64,000 bases of DNA from Candidatus Limnocylindrales bacterium. GTDB lineage: Bacteria; Chloroflexota; Limnocylindria; Limnocylindrales; CSP1-4. The translations under genes and the position numbers were made by a program. The notes below the pieces were generated by a model. The model searched no databases. It saw nothing but the letters and a program-made list of their open reading frames with translations, and was not told the origin of the DNA. This document shows, in pieces, positions 17,679 to 25,742 of the stretch (positions within the stretch are counted from its first letter, which is position 1; each line of letters opens with the position of its first letter). Where the stretch lies: NCBI GenBank assembly GCA_036504355.1, contig DASXVG010000079.1:580-64579 (forward strand), in the 5' to 3' direction.

Positions 17679-19187
17679 ATGACGCCCGAGCGATCCGCGA
17701 TCGCTGCCGCCGTCCGGGCGCTCGACCCGGACGACATCGCCGGGCGTCGCTGGTATGCCGCCAAGGGCGCGACGCCGTCGTCCTTCTCCTTGGCCCACGC
17801 GTTCGCGCTGGCGGACGACGCGGTCCTCGCGCTCGTCGACGTGCGGACCGGGGAGCACGACGGACGGGACGAGCACGCGGATCGCTATGCGATCGCGTTC
17901 GTCGGGGGCACCGACGGCGGGTGGCGCGAGGCAGTCGAGGGTGACGGCGCGTGGCGCGCCCTCGCGGCCGCGATCGCCGAGGGCCGAACCATCGCCGCGC
18001 TCACCAAGGACGGGCTGCCGCCGATCGGATCATCGGGCAGCGGCGCGGGGCAGGTCGGGGCGGCGCTCGTGTGCCGGCCATCGCCGGGGCTGGCCGCGCT
18101 GTGGCCCGTGAGCGCGGGACCACTCCGCGCGGCTGCCGAGGCTGAGCTCGGCCGTGACCAGTCGAACACCTCGGTCGTGCTGGGTGACCGCCTGCTCCTC
18201 AAGGGCTACCGGCGGATCCAGCCCGGGCTCAACCCCGACCTCGAGCTCACGGCGTTCCTGTCCGAGGAGGCCGGATTTCCGGGCGTGCCGCGACTCGCCG
18301 GCTACGCGGAGGTCGTGACGCGCGACGCCGGGGTACCGACCGTGGCCATGCTCCAGGAGTTCGTCGCGACCGCGGCGGACGCGTACGAGCAGACCGCGGA
18401 GTTCCTCACGGACCTGGTCGCGGCGCCCGGGACGGCGAGCCTCGAGTGGGCGACGGAGGTCGCCGCGGACCTGGGCACGCTCACCGCGGGGCTCCATGCA
18501 GCACTGGCGTCGGCGCCGCCCGACGCGCCGGACCTCGCTCCGCGCGAGGCGACGCGAGAGGAGCTCAAAGCATGGCGGTTGGACGCGCATCGGCAGCTCA
18601 GCCTGGCCCTCCCGGCCGTGGCCGCGGTCGACCGCGAGACCGCAGACGAGCTGCGCGAGGAGGCGGCCGCGATCGCCGCACGCGTCTCGCGCTTCGAGGC
18701 CGTCGCGACGACGCCGCTGGTCATGCGCATCCACGCGGACCTCCACCTCGGGCAGATCCTCGTGGGCGAGGACGGCTACCGGGTCATCGACTTCGAGGGT
18801 GAGCCGCTGCGGTCGATCGAGGACCGGCGCCGGCCTGATTCTCCGCTGCGCGACGTCGCGTCGCTGCTCCGAAGCCTGGACCACGTCGCCCGGTCCGCGA
18901 GGCGGCGAGCGGAACGGCGAGCCATCGACGCCGGCGGGCGGCTCGAGCGGCCCGGACTCGACGTCGACGCATGGATCGAGCGGGCCCGCGAGCGGTTCCT
19001 CGCGGCGTACGTCGCGGGGCTGCGCCAGGCGGGCGCGCCGTTCACTGTGGACCGCGACCTCCTCGACGCGTTCGAGGTCGCCAAGGAATCGTACGAGTTC
19101 GTGTACGCGGCGACCGTGCTGCCATCGTGGCTGTGGGCGCCGCGCGAAGGGATGCGCTGGCTGCTGGCGCACGGGGAGGCGGGATGA
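17679..19187 (+). CDS. Maltokinase-like (Pep2/Mak family) phosphotransferase
   Basis: N-terminal RRWYAAKG cap motif. Catalytic region IHADLHLGQILVGEDGYRVIDFEGEP, typical of Mak/aminoglycoside-phosphotransferase-fold kinases. Confidence 0.65.
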   Translation: MTPERSAIAAAVRALDPDDIAGRRWYAAKGATPSSFSLAHAFALADDAVLALVDVRTGEHDGRDEHADRYAIAFVGGTDGGWREAVEGDGAWRALAAAIAEGRTIAALTKDGLPPIGSSGSGAGQVGAALVCRPSPGLAALWPVSAGPLRAAAEAELGRDQSNTSVVLGDRLLLKGYRRIQPGLNPDLELTAFLSEEAGFPGVPRLAGYAEVVTRDAGVPTVAMLQEFVATAADAYEQTAEFLTDLVAAPGTASLEWATEVAADLGTLTAGLHAALASAPPDAPDLAPREATREELKAWRLDAHRQLSLALPAVAAVDRETADELREEAAAIAARVSRFEAVATTPLVMRIHADLHLGQILVGEDGYRVIDFEGEPLRSIEDRRRPDSPLRDVASLLRSLDHVARSARRRAERRAIDAGGRLERPGLDVDAWIERARERFLAAYVAGLRQAGAPFTVDRDLLDAFEVAKESYEFVYAATVLPSWLWAPREGMRWLLAHGEAG

Positions 19188-20206
19188 CCACCGATGCCGA
19201 TGGCGGGACCACGCGCTTCGACGAGTTCGTCGCCGACATCCTCGCGGGCCCCGACGAGCTGGCGCGCGCGATCGACCAGCACGGCCGCAAGATCGGGGAG
19301 CTGCCGGCCGAGGTGCTCGCGCGGCCGCGCTGGCGCTTCAGCGGGATGGGCTCCTCGCGGTTCGCGGCGCTCGACGCGGCGGCGTTGCTGCGGGCCGCGG
19401 GCAGGGACGCGGTCGCCGAGCGGGCATCGGCATCCTCGTGGTCCCCTGCGGCCGATGACACGCTGCTCGTCGCGATCTCGAGCTCGGGTCGCACGCCCGA
19501 GGTCGTTGCGGCGGCCGCGCATCACCGGGGCGTGTCGTTCGTGCTGGGGCTGACGGCCCGCGTGGACTCACCGCTCGCCGCGGGCGCGGACGCCGTCATG
19601 CCGCTCGTCGCCGTGCGCGCGGAGGCATCGGGGATCGCCTCGCTCTCGTACCGCTCCACGGTCGCAGCGTTGTCGCTGCTCGTCGGAGCGGAGAACCCGG
19701 CCCTCACCGGCACGGGGATCGCGGCCGCGGTGCCCGCGCTCGAGGCCCTGCTCCGCGACCGCGCCGCGTGGCTGGCCGGAACCGCCGACCTCGTCGACAC
19801 GGGCCGCGGGATCCACGTCCTGGGCGACGGGGCGCGCATCGGGACGGTCGAGCAGGCCGCGCTCATGCTCCGGGAGGGCCCGCGGATCGAGGCGACCGCC
19901 TGGGACACGGGCGACTGGCTCCACGTCGGGTTGTATACGCTGTTCCCGGGCGACGCGGCGCTCCTGCTCACGGGCTCGCCCGCGGACGGGGAGGCGATCG
20001 CGACGATCCACGCGCGAGCAGGGCTGGTCGTCGCCGTGGGGGAGCCCCATCCCGATGCCGACCTCCATGTCCCGCTCCCGGATGCCGCGCTCGCGGACCC
20101 GGCGATCCGCGCCCTCGTCGAGCCCACGGTCGCGGAGCTGCTTGCCGCCGAGCTCTGGCGTCGCACCGATGCGCGCCTGGTCCGGGAGGCGCCCGGCGGG
20201 GAGTGA
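19184..20206 (+). CDS. SIS-domain sugar phosphate isomerase/aminotransferase-like protein
   Basis: Its ATG overlaps the upstream stop (ATGA). Motifs FSGMGSSRFAA and LLVAISSSGRTPEVV are classic SIS motifs. A second SIS-like half follows. Confidence 0.7.
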   Translation: MTTDADGGTTRFDEFVADILAGPDELARAIDQHGRKIGELPAEVLARPRWRFSGMGSSRFAALDAAALLRAAGRDAVAERASASSWSPAADDTLLVAISSSGRTPEVVAAAAHHRGVSFVLGLTARVDSPLAAGADAVMPLVAVRAEASGIASLSYRSTVAALSLLVGAENPALTGTGIAAAVPALEALLRDRAAWLAGTADLVDTGRGIHVLGDGARIGTVEQAALMLREGPRIEATAWDTGDWLHVGLYTLFPGDAALLLTGSPADGEAIATIHARAGLVVAVGEPHPDADLHVPLPDAALADPAIRALVEPTVAELLAAELWRRTDARLVREAPGGE

Positions 20207-20276
20207 GCGCACGACGGGGGTGCGCGCCCCGCGGGGAGTCCGCGCCCCGCGGGGAGTCCGCGCGTCGCGGGGAGCG
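20189..20276. repeat. 18-bp tandem repeat CGCGCCCCGCGGGGAGTC (two perfect copies plus flanking degenerate copies), each with a CCCCGCGGGG palindrome
   Basis: Perfect copies at 20223-20240 and 20241-20258. Degenerate copies at 20189-20206 (overlapping the end of the SIS gene) and 20259-20276. Confidence 0.8.
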
Positions 20277-20404
20277 GTGACCGTTGCGTTCTCGCCCCCG
20301 ACGCGCCGGCTATTCCGTCGCGGACTCAACGGTTCTGTGATGGACGATCTCAGTCATCCTGGGAATGGCCTGTTGCGCCGGCACGGTCCCAGACGGAACA
20401 GACG

Positions 20405-20469
20405 AGTCGGCCGGGGAATATTCCGTTGAGCGACGCAACCGTAGAGTCGGTGGCGGAATATCCGTCCCG
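20405..20469. repeat. Direct repeat AGTCGG-N-GGNGGAATAT(T)CCGT in two copies spaced about 40 nt; the first contains the perfect palindrome GGAATATTCC
   Basis: agtcggccggggaatattccgt (20405-20426) and agtcggtggcggaatatccgt (20445-20465). A related ggctattccgtcgcgg occurs at 20308-20323. A further 11-nt direct repeat ccgagcccggc occurs at 20483 and 20507. Confidence 0.6.
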
Positions 20470-20529
20470 TGGCGAACCCGGGCCGAGCCCGGCAGGCGAA
20501 CCCGCTCCGAGCCCGGCGTCGACGGCCTC

Positions 20530-21618
20530 CTAGTCCTCGCCGGCCACCGTGGGCAGGGGCGCTCCCCGTGGGTTCGCGCAGCAGCCGCGGGCGCAGACAG
20601 CCGGCCAGGGCCCGAGCTCGCTCAGCGCCTCGGCCGGGCCGCCGCGGACCCGCTCCGCGACGAGGTCCACGATCCCCTGGACGAACGCGGGGTGGGTCCC
20701 CGGCGTCGCGACTCGCACCATCCGCACGCCGAGGTTCTCGCACGTCTCGCGCGCCTCGTTGTCGAGGTCCCAGATCACCTCGACGTGGTCGCTCACGAAC
20801 CCGACCGGGACCACGACGGCGGCCGTCATCCCGGCATCCGCGGCCGACCGCAGGGCATCGTTGACGTCCGGCTCCAGCCACGGGGTGTGCGGCGATCCGC
20901 TGCGGGACTGGTACACCAGCTGCCACGCGGGCACGTCGACCCCTCTCGCCCGCACGGCGGCGAGCACCGCCTCGATCGCGGCGAGGTGCTGGGCGACGTA
21001 CGCCCCGTTCGCGTCGAACCGTCCGGGCGGGCCGGAGGCGGCGGCCATCGCCGTCGGGATCGAGTGGGTCGTGAACAGGAGCCGCGTCGCCTCCACCGGC
21101 ATGCCTTCGCCCGCCAGCGCCTCGAGCGCAGCCGCGACGCCCTCTGCGAACGGCTCGACGAACCCAGGGTGGTCGAAGTAGTGCCTGACCTTGTCGATCA
21201 CGAGCTCGTCGCCCAGGCCCGTCTCGGCCAACGCCATGCCGAGGTCCTCGCGGTACTGCCGGCACCCGGAGTACGAGGCGTACGCGCTGGTCGCGATCGC
21301 GAGCACCCGCCGGTGCCCGTCCGCGTGGATCCGCCGAAGCTCCGGCACGAGGAACGGGTCCCAGTTGCGGTTCCCCCAGTACACGGGCAGATCGAGGCCG
21401 CGATCGGCCAGGGCCGGCCGCAGCGCATCGAGCAGCGCCCGGTTCTGCGCGTTGATCGGGCTCACGCCGTCCAGGGCCAGGTAGTGGTGCGCGACGGCCT
21501 CGAGCCGCTCCGGCGGGATGCCCCGGCCGTGGGTCACGTTCTCCAGGAAGGGCATCACGTCGTCGGGCCCCTCCGGACCGCCGAACGAGACGAGGAGCAG
21601 TGCGTCGTACGCGCTCAA
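20530..21618 (-). CDS. hemH: Ferrochelatase (coproporphyrin ferrochelatase type), long form with Cys ligands for a probable [2Fe-2S] cluster
   Basis: SAYDALLLVSFGGPEG, FTTHSIPTAM, SDHVEVIWDLDNEA. Four Cys residues: SGCRQY plus the C-terminal VCARGCC. Proposed TTG start at 21618 overlaps the hemQ stop (TTGA). The rest of the 676-aa ORF upstream is an out-of-frame shadow of hemQ. Confidence 0.85.
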   Translation of the reverse strand: MSAYDALLLVSFGGPEGPDDVMPFLENVTHGRGIPPERLEAVAHHYLALDGVSPINAQNRALLDALRPALADRGLDLPVYWGNRNWDPFLVPELRRIHADGHRRVLAIATSAYASYSGCRQYREDLGMALAETGLGDELVIDKVRHYFDHPGFVEPFAEGVAAALEALAGEGMPVEATRLLFTTHSIPTAMAAASGPPGRFDANGAYVAQHLAAIEAVLAAVRARGVDVPAWQLVYQSRSGSPHTPWLEPDVNDALRSAADAGMTAAVVVPVGFVSDHVEVIWDLDNEARETCENLGVRMVRVATPGTHPAFVQGIVDLVAERVRGGPAEALSELGPWPAVCARGCCANPRGAPLPTVAGED

Positions 21619-22358
21619 CGCAGGATCTCGACGACTCCCGCCGCGTCGATCCGCCTGCCGGTGTAGAACGGGATCTCCTCGCGGACGTGTCGGCGGGCGG
21701 CGGTCGACCGCAGGTCGCGCATCAGGTCCACGAGGTCGTGGAGGTCGTCCGCCTCCAGCGCGAGGATCCACTCGTAGTCGTTGAGCGCGAACGCGGCGAC
21801 GGTGTTCGCCTGCACCCGTGGGAACGCTCGACCGGCCACGCCGTGCTCGCGGAGCATCTCGCCGCGCTCCTCCTCGGGCAGCAGGTACCACTCGTAGGAG
21901 CGCACGAACGGGTAGACGCACAGCCAGTCCAGCGCGTCGGTCCCGCGCATGAACGACGGGACGTGGTCCCGGCTGAACTCGGCAGGTCGGTGCGTGCCCA
22001 TGAGGCTGAAGGCGAGCCGGGTCGTCACGCCGGCCGCGGTCCGCCGGAACCCGCGGAGCGCGGCCTGGAGCGACTCCGCGCTCGGTCCGTGGAGCCACAG
22101 CATCACGTCCGCGTCTGCGCGCATCCCCGAGACGTCGTACATGCCCCGCACGACGACGTCCTGCTCGGCCAGGTCTGCGGTCCACGCGTCCAGGGCGCCC
22201 GAGGGGTGCCCGTAGGCGGCCATCGCCTGCGTGCTCGCATCGCGGGCGTAGACCGCCCAGACCGTGTACCGGACGACGGCGTTGAGGTCCGGCGTCGACG
22301 CAACGTCGGGGGCTGGTTCGGACGCGGATCCAGGTTCGGTCACGGCGGTCCTCGACAC
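21615..22358 (-). CDS. hemQ: Coproheme decarboxylase HemQ/ChdC (chlorite-dismutase family)
   Basis: VRYTVWAVYARD..., VVVRGMYDVSGMRADADVMLWLHG, YPFVRSYEWYLLPEEERGEMLREHG and FALNDYEWILALEADDLHDLVDLMRDLR are typical of actinobacterial HemQ. Confidence 0.85.
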   Translation of the reverse strand: MSRTAVTEPGSASEPAPDVASTPDLNAVVRYTVWAVYARDASTQAMAAYGHPSGALDAWTADLAEQDVVVRGMYDVSGMRADADVMLWLHGPSAESLQAALRGFRRTAAGVTTRLAFSLMGTHRPAEFSRDHVPSFMRGTDALDWLCVYPFVRSYEWYLLPEEERGEMLREHGVAGRAFPRVQANTVAAFALNDYEWILALEADDLHDLVDLMRDLRSTAARRHVREEIPFYTGRRIDAAGVVEILR

Positions 22359-22459
22359 GGTCAGTGCAGATCTGGGGTGATGCCGTCACGGTAGCGCGAG
22401 CGGCGCCCAGATTCGCGCAGGTTCCACGCGGCGCACGTCGGGGCGGGGCTGGGATCCGC

Positions 22460-24439
22460 TCAGGCGATCCCGAACAACCGCGCGAGGAACGCCCCCACGC
22501 CGATGGCGAGCGCGAGCGACCCGGCGCTGATCCCGACCGCCGCCCGAGTGCCGAGCTCACCGCGCAGCGCGGCCAGGGTGGCCACGCACGGGATCGACAA
22601 CGACGTCACGACGGCGTACACGAACAGCTGCGGCGGGCTGAGCAGCTCGCCGAGCCCCGCCTGGTAGCCGAGCTCGACGGCCGCGAACGCGATCAGCAGC
22701 TGGAGGGCGAGCTCCTTGCGCAGGAAGGCGAACGCGATCGCGACGCCCGCGATCGCGGGCAGCCCGAGGAGCCACTCGACCGACGGTCCGATCGCGCCGG
22801 CGATGCCCTGCCAGAGGCCCGCCTCGTAGATCAGCCCGAGCACGAATGACCCCGCCAGCATGATCGGCGTCGCCGTCACCACGAACGCCCGGAAGCGCCA
22901 CCACGCCTTCGTGGCGACGAACCGCGGGACGGGGGCCCGCAGCGGCGCGAGCTCGAGCACGAGCGACGGCTGGCGCCCCGGGATCATCGCGTTGGCGCCG
23001 AGCCCCGCTCCGATCGTCGCGACGGCGACGACCCCGAACGCGGCGAGCGCGGCACCGAGGCCCACGAACGGCGCGAGGGCGGCGATGACGACGGCCGAGC
23101 GAGCCGAGCACGGCGTGAGCGTCACGAGGAACGAGGCGAGGACCCGCTCGCGCCGGGTGCGCAGGACGCGCGTCCCGTAGATGGCCGGGACGTTGCAGCC
23201 CGCCGCCGCGAGCAGCGGGATCGCGGCGCGGCCGGGCAGCCCGAGCGTGCCGAACACCCGGTCCATGAGCACGGCGGCGCTGGTGAGGTACCCGGAGTCC
23301 TCGAGGACGGCGAGCAGCAGGTAGAACGTGAGGACGTACGGGACGCCGACGGAGAGCATCCCCAGCATCCCGCCGTCGAGCGCCCACAGGGTCGCGCCGG
23401 CCAGCACGGGGACCGGGATGACCGCGGGCAGGGCCGCGGCGAGGAATGGCGAGACGGTCGCGGCCCAGGCCTGACCGAGCGCCGCGGCGAGCCAGCCGCC
23501 CACGAGGATCACGGCGAAGAACGCGGCGAAGCTGACGCCGAGGAACAGCGGGATCCCCGGCCACGGCGAGGTGCTCCAGCGGCCGATGCGGTCCGCGAGC
23601 GGCTCGGCGACGTCCCGCCGCAGCTCGACCTGCGTCGCCCACGTGGCGGCAGTCTCCCAGCGGATCGGCTCCAGGTCGCGGCCAAGCCGGATCGAGGCCC
23701 CGCCGCGCGGCGAGATCCGGCCCGCGAACACCCCGGCCTGGAGCGGCTCGAGGACGGCGGCCGCACCGAGCGAGCGCGGCTCGAGGGCCAGGGACGCGGC
23801 GGCGTCGGCGAGGCGGCCCTGGAGCTGGTACGGGTACATCGGGGCGGGGACGGTGCCACGCGGCGACCGGTCGCCCGCCGCGACCGCACGGCGCTGGGTG
23901 GCGAGCCGCACGGCCTCGCGCAGCGTGACGTCGACGCCCTCGCCCGTCCGGCCGCACGTCGCGTGCGCCGGGACGTTGAGCACCTGGCCCAGGCGTCCCG
24001 TATCGACCGTGATGCCGCGCTTGGCCGCTTCGTCGGTGAGGTTGACCGCCAGGACGACCGGCAGCCCGAGGTCCCGACACGCGATCGCGAGCGGCAGGTG
24101 GCGCGCCAGGTTCCCGGCGTCCGCCACGACGAGGATGGCGTCGGGCGCGGCCCCGAGCAGCAGCTCCCAGAACGGCGCGTCGCCCGCGGGCTGGTCGTCG
24201 AGCGAGCGGGTGCCGGGCAGGTCCACGAGCCACGCGTCGGTACCGTCGACGGTGACCGGAAGGCGCTCGAGCGAGACGGTGGTCCCCGGCGCGTTCGCGG
24301 TCTCGACGAAGCGCCTGCTCGCGCGGGCCACGAACGTGGACTTGCCGACGTTGGGCCGGCCGACGAGGGCGATGACGGGCCGCTCGGCGGAAGTTCCCGC
24401 GGCGGCAACGCCCGCGGGATGGCACCCGGCGGCCGCCAT
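22460..24439 (-). CDS. feoB: Ferrous iron transporter FeoB (G-domain plus polytopic permease)
   Basis: G1 motif VIALVGRPNVGKST, followed by DLPG and more than 8 hydrophobic segments. ATG 24439 overlaps the feoA stop (TGATG). Confidence 0.9.
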   Translation of the reverse strand: MAAAGCHPAGVAAAGTSAERPVIALVGRPNVGKSTFVARASRRFVETANAPGTTVSLERLPVTVDGTDAWLVDLPGTRSLDDQPAGDAPFWELLLGAAPDAILVVADAGNLARHLPLAIACRDLGLPVVLAVNLTDEAAKRGITVDTGRLGQVLNVPAHATCGRTGEGVDVTLREAVRLATQRRAVAAGDRSPRGTVPAPMYPYQLQGRLADAAASLALEPRSLGAAAVLEPLQAGVFAGRISPRGGASIRLGRDLEPIRWETAATWATQVELRRDVAEPLADRIGRWSTSPWPGIPLFLGVSFAAFFAVILVGGWLAAALGQAWAATVSPFLAAALPAVIPVPVLAGATLWALDGGMLGMLSVGVPYVLTFYLLLAVLEDSGYLTSAAVLMDRVFGTLGLPGRAAIPLLAAAGCNVPAIYGTRVLRTRRERVLASFLVTLTPCSARSAVVIAALAPFVGLGAALAAFGVVAVATIGAGLGANAMIPGRQPSLVLELAPLRAPVPRFVATKAWWRFRAFVVTATPIMLAGSFVLGLIYEAGLWQGIAGAIGPSVEWLLGLPAIAGVAIAFAFLRKELALQLLIAFAAVELGYQAGLGELLSPPQLFVYAVVTSLSIPCVATLAALRGELGTRAAVGISAGSLALAIGVGAFLARLFGIA

Positions 24440-24750
24440 CAGTCGGTCTCTGCCGCCGGGAACGGCGTGCCGATGGGATCGGTCCACGGTTCCGTGGCGA
24501 CGCGACGGGCGATGCTCGCGGACAGCGCCAGCCGCGCACGTCCCAGCTCCACGACGACGGGACCACCGAGCGGCGTGCGCGCGGTCACGACGACGACGGC
24601 GCCGGGCATGAGGCCCTCGCGCTCCAGCTCGTCGCGCGCCACGTCGTCGATCGCGACGACGCGGCGGCGCCAGCCGATCGGGGCGCGGGCGAGGGACGAG
24701 GGCTCATCGGAAGTCGCGGGTCGGCGGGGGGCGAGGAGGGACGGCGTCAT
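24439..24750 (-). CDS. feoA: FeoA-family small protein
   Basis: VVAIDDVARDELEREGLMPGAVVVVTARTPLGGPVVVELGRARLALSASIARRVAT resembles the FeoA SH3-like fold. Start at ATG 24750; the N-terminal limit is uncertain. Confidence 0.7.
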   Translation of the reverse strand: MTPSLLAPRRPATSDEPSSLARAPIGWRRRVVAIDDVARDELEREGLMPGAVVVVTARTPLGGPVVVELGRARLALSASIARRVATEPWTDPIGTPFPAAETD

Positions 24751-25043
24751 GCCTGCAGTAGGCGCAAGCGGGGCGGCGCCGTGGAAGGGAGAAACCGCCC
24801 GACGTTCGCGGGACCTGGGGACCGGCCGTCCCGAGGAGGCAGGCCGGGTGGCGGGTCCGGCGGCCGTCGCCGAGCGTGAATTGCCCAGATTCGGGCCGCC
24901 GGACATGGCCGTGGCCAGGGGTAGGGCCCGGTCCATTTGGGGACGAACCCGGGCCGGAATGCCCTGTCGGCAGGCCCCGCACCTTCCACAGGATGGTGCT
25001 ACCTTCCGCGAGGATTGGTAGATTTGGGAGGTTTTCCCCGGCA

Positions 25044-25742
25044 ATGAGCATGCGTCCCGCACCCAAGGATCCCGGCTGGGTGACGCTCACCGAGGCCTGT
25101 CGCCTGCTCGGCGTCTCCCCGTCGACGATCCGCCGCTGGGGCGACACCGGCATGGTCCGGACGTTCGTCACGCCCGGGGGCCATCGCCGCTTCTCGCGCG
25201 CGGGCCTCGACGCCCTGCTGCCGGAGCGCCCCACCGCACGCCCCTCGCTCATCGACCTCGGCGAGACGGCGGGCCGGATGGCACGGGGCTACCGACGCGC
25301 CGCCGAGACGGTGCCCGGACACATGCCCTGGATCGACGACCTGGACGAGGGCCAGCGCGAACGCTTCCGCGGCTACGGTCGGGGGATCGTGGTCGCGCTC
25401 GTGGCCGCGCTCGACAGCGACGACCCGGTGCGGCGCCGGGAGCTCCTCCGCGACGCCGACGACGCCTGCACGGAATACGGACGGATCGCCGGTCGCGAGG
25501 GTCTCGCCTCCGCCACGACCGCGGACCTGTTTCTCCGCTTCCGGTTGCCGTTCCTCACCGAGCTCGGCTCGCTCGCCCGCCGGCGCGAGTTCGATGCCGC
25601 CGCAACGGCGTCGCTCATGGCCGATGCCAACGCGGCCCTCGACGGTCTGCTCCTCGCCACGCTCCGTGGCTGGGAGGCGGCGGCGATGGGCCTGGGCCGA
25701 CAGTCCCGGCGACCCGCCGCAGCGGCCGGGAGCCGGTCGTGA
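25044..25742 (+). CDS. HTH (MerR/excisionase-type, HTH_17-like) DNA-binding protein with an uncharacterised helical C-terminal domain
   Basis: gggagg lies 12 nt upstream of ATG 25044. WVTLTEACRLLGVSPSTIRRWGDTGMVRTFVTPGGHRRFSRAGLDALL. Its stop overlaps the hemA start (GTGA). Confidence 0.7.
   Translation: MSMRPAPKDPGWVTLTEACRLLGVSPSTIRRWGDTGMVRTFVTPGGHRRFSRAGLDALLPERPTARPSLIDLGETAGRMARGYRRAAETVPGHMPWIDDLDEGQRERFRGYGRGIVVALVAALDSDDPVRRRELLRDADDACTEYGRIAGREGLASATTADLFLRFRLPFLTELGSLARRREFDAAATASLMADANAALDGLLLATLRGWEAAAMGLGRQSRRPAAAAGSRS

Noticed and set aside
20189-20276. Possible CRISPR array or coding repeat (GVRAPRGVRAPRG in ORF 20055..20429)
   Set aside because: The units are directly tandem with no spacers, there are only about four copies, and no cas genes are present. 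The ORF that carries them has no start context and is an extension past the SIS gene stop in another frame.
20530-22560. A 676-aa ORF suggesting a giant ferrochelatase fusion
   Set aside because: Only the C-terminal 362 residues are ferrochelatase-like. The upstream part overlaps hemQ in another frame and is low complexity. A TTG start overlapping the hemQ stop gives a normal-sized enzyme.
24751-25043. Search for an IdeR/DtxR or Fur box in the feoA / HTH-hemA divergent region
   Set aside because: I could not find a convincing match to the 19-bp IdeR palindrome or a Fur box by eye. Only short ACCTTCC repeats and an imperfect GGATGGT..ACCTTCC inverted repeat are present, which is not enough to call a site.
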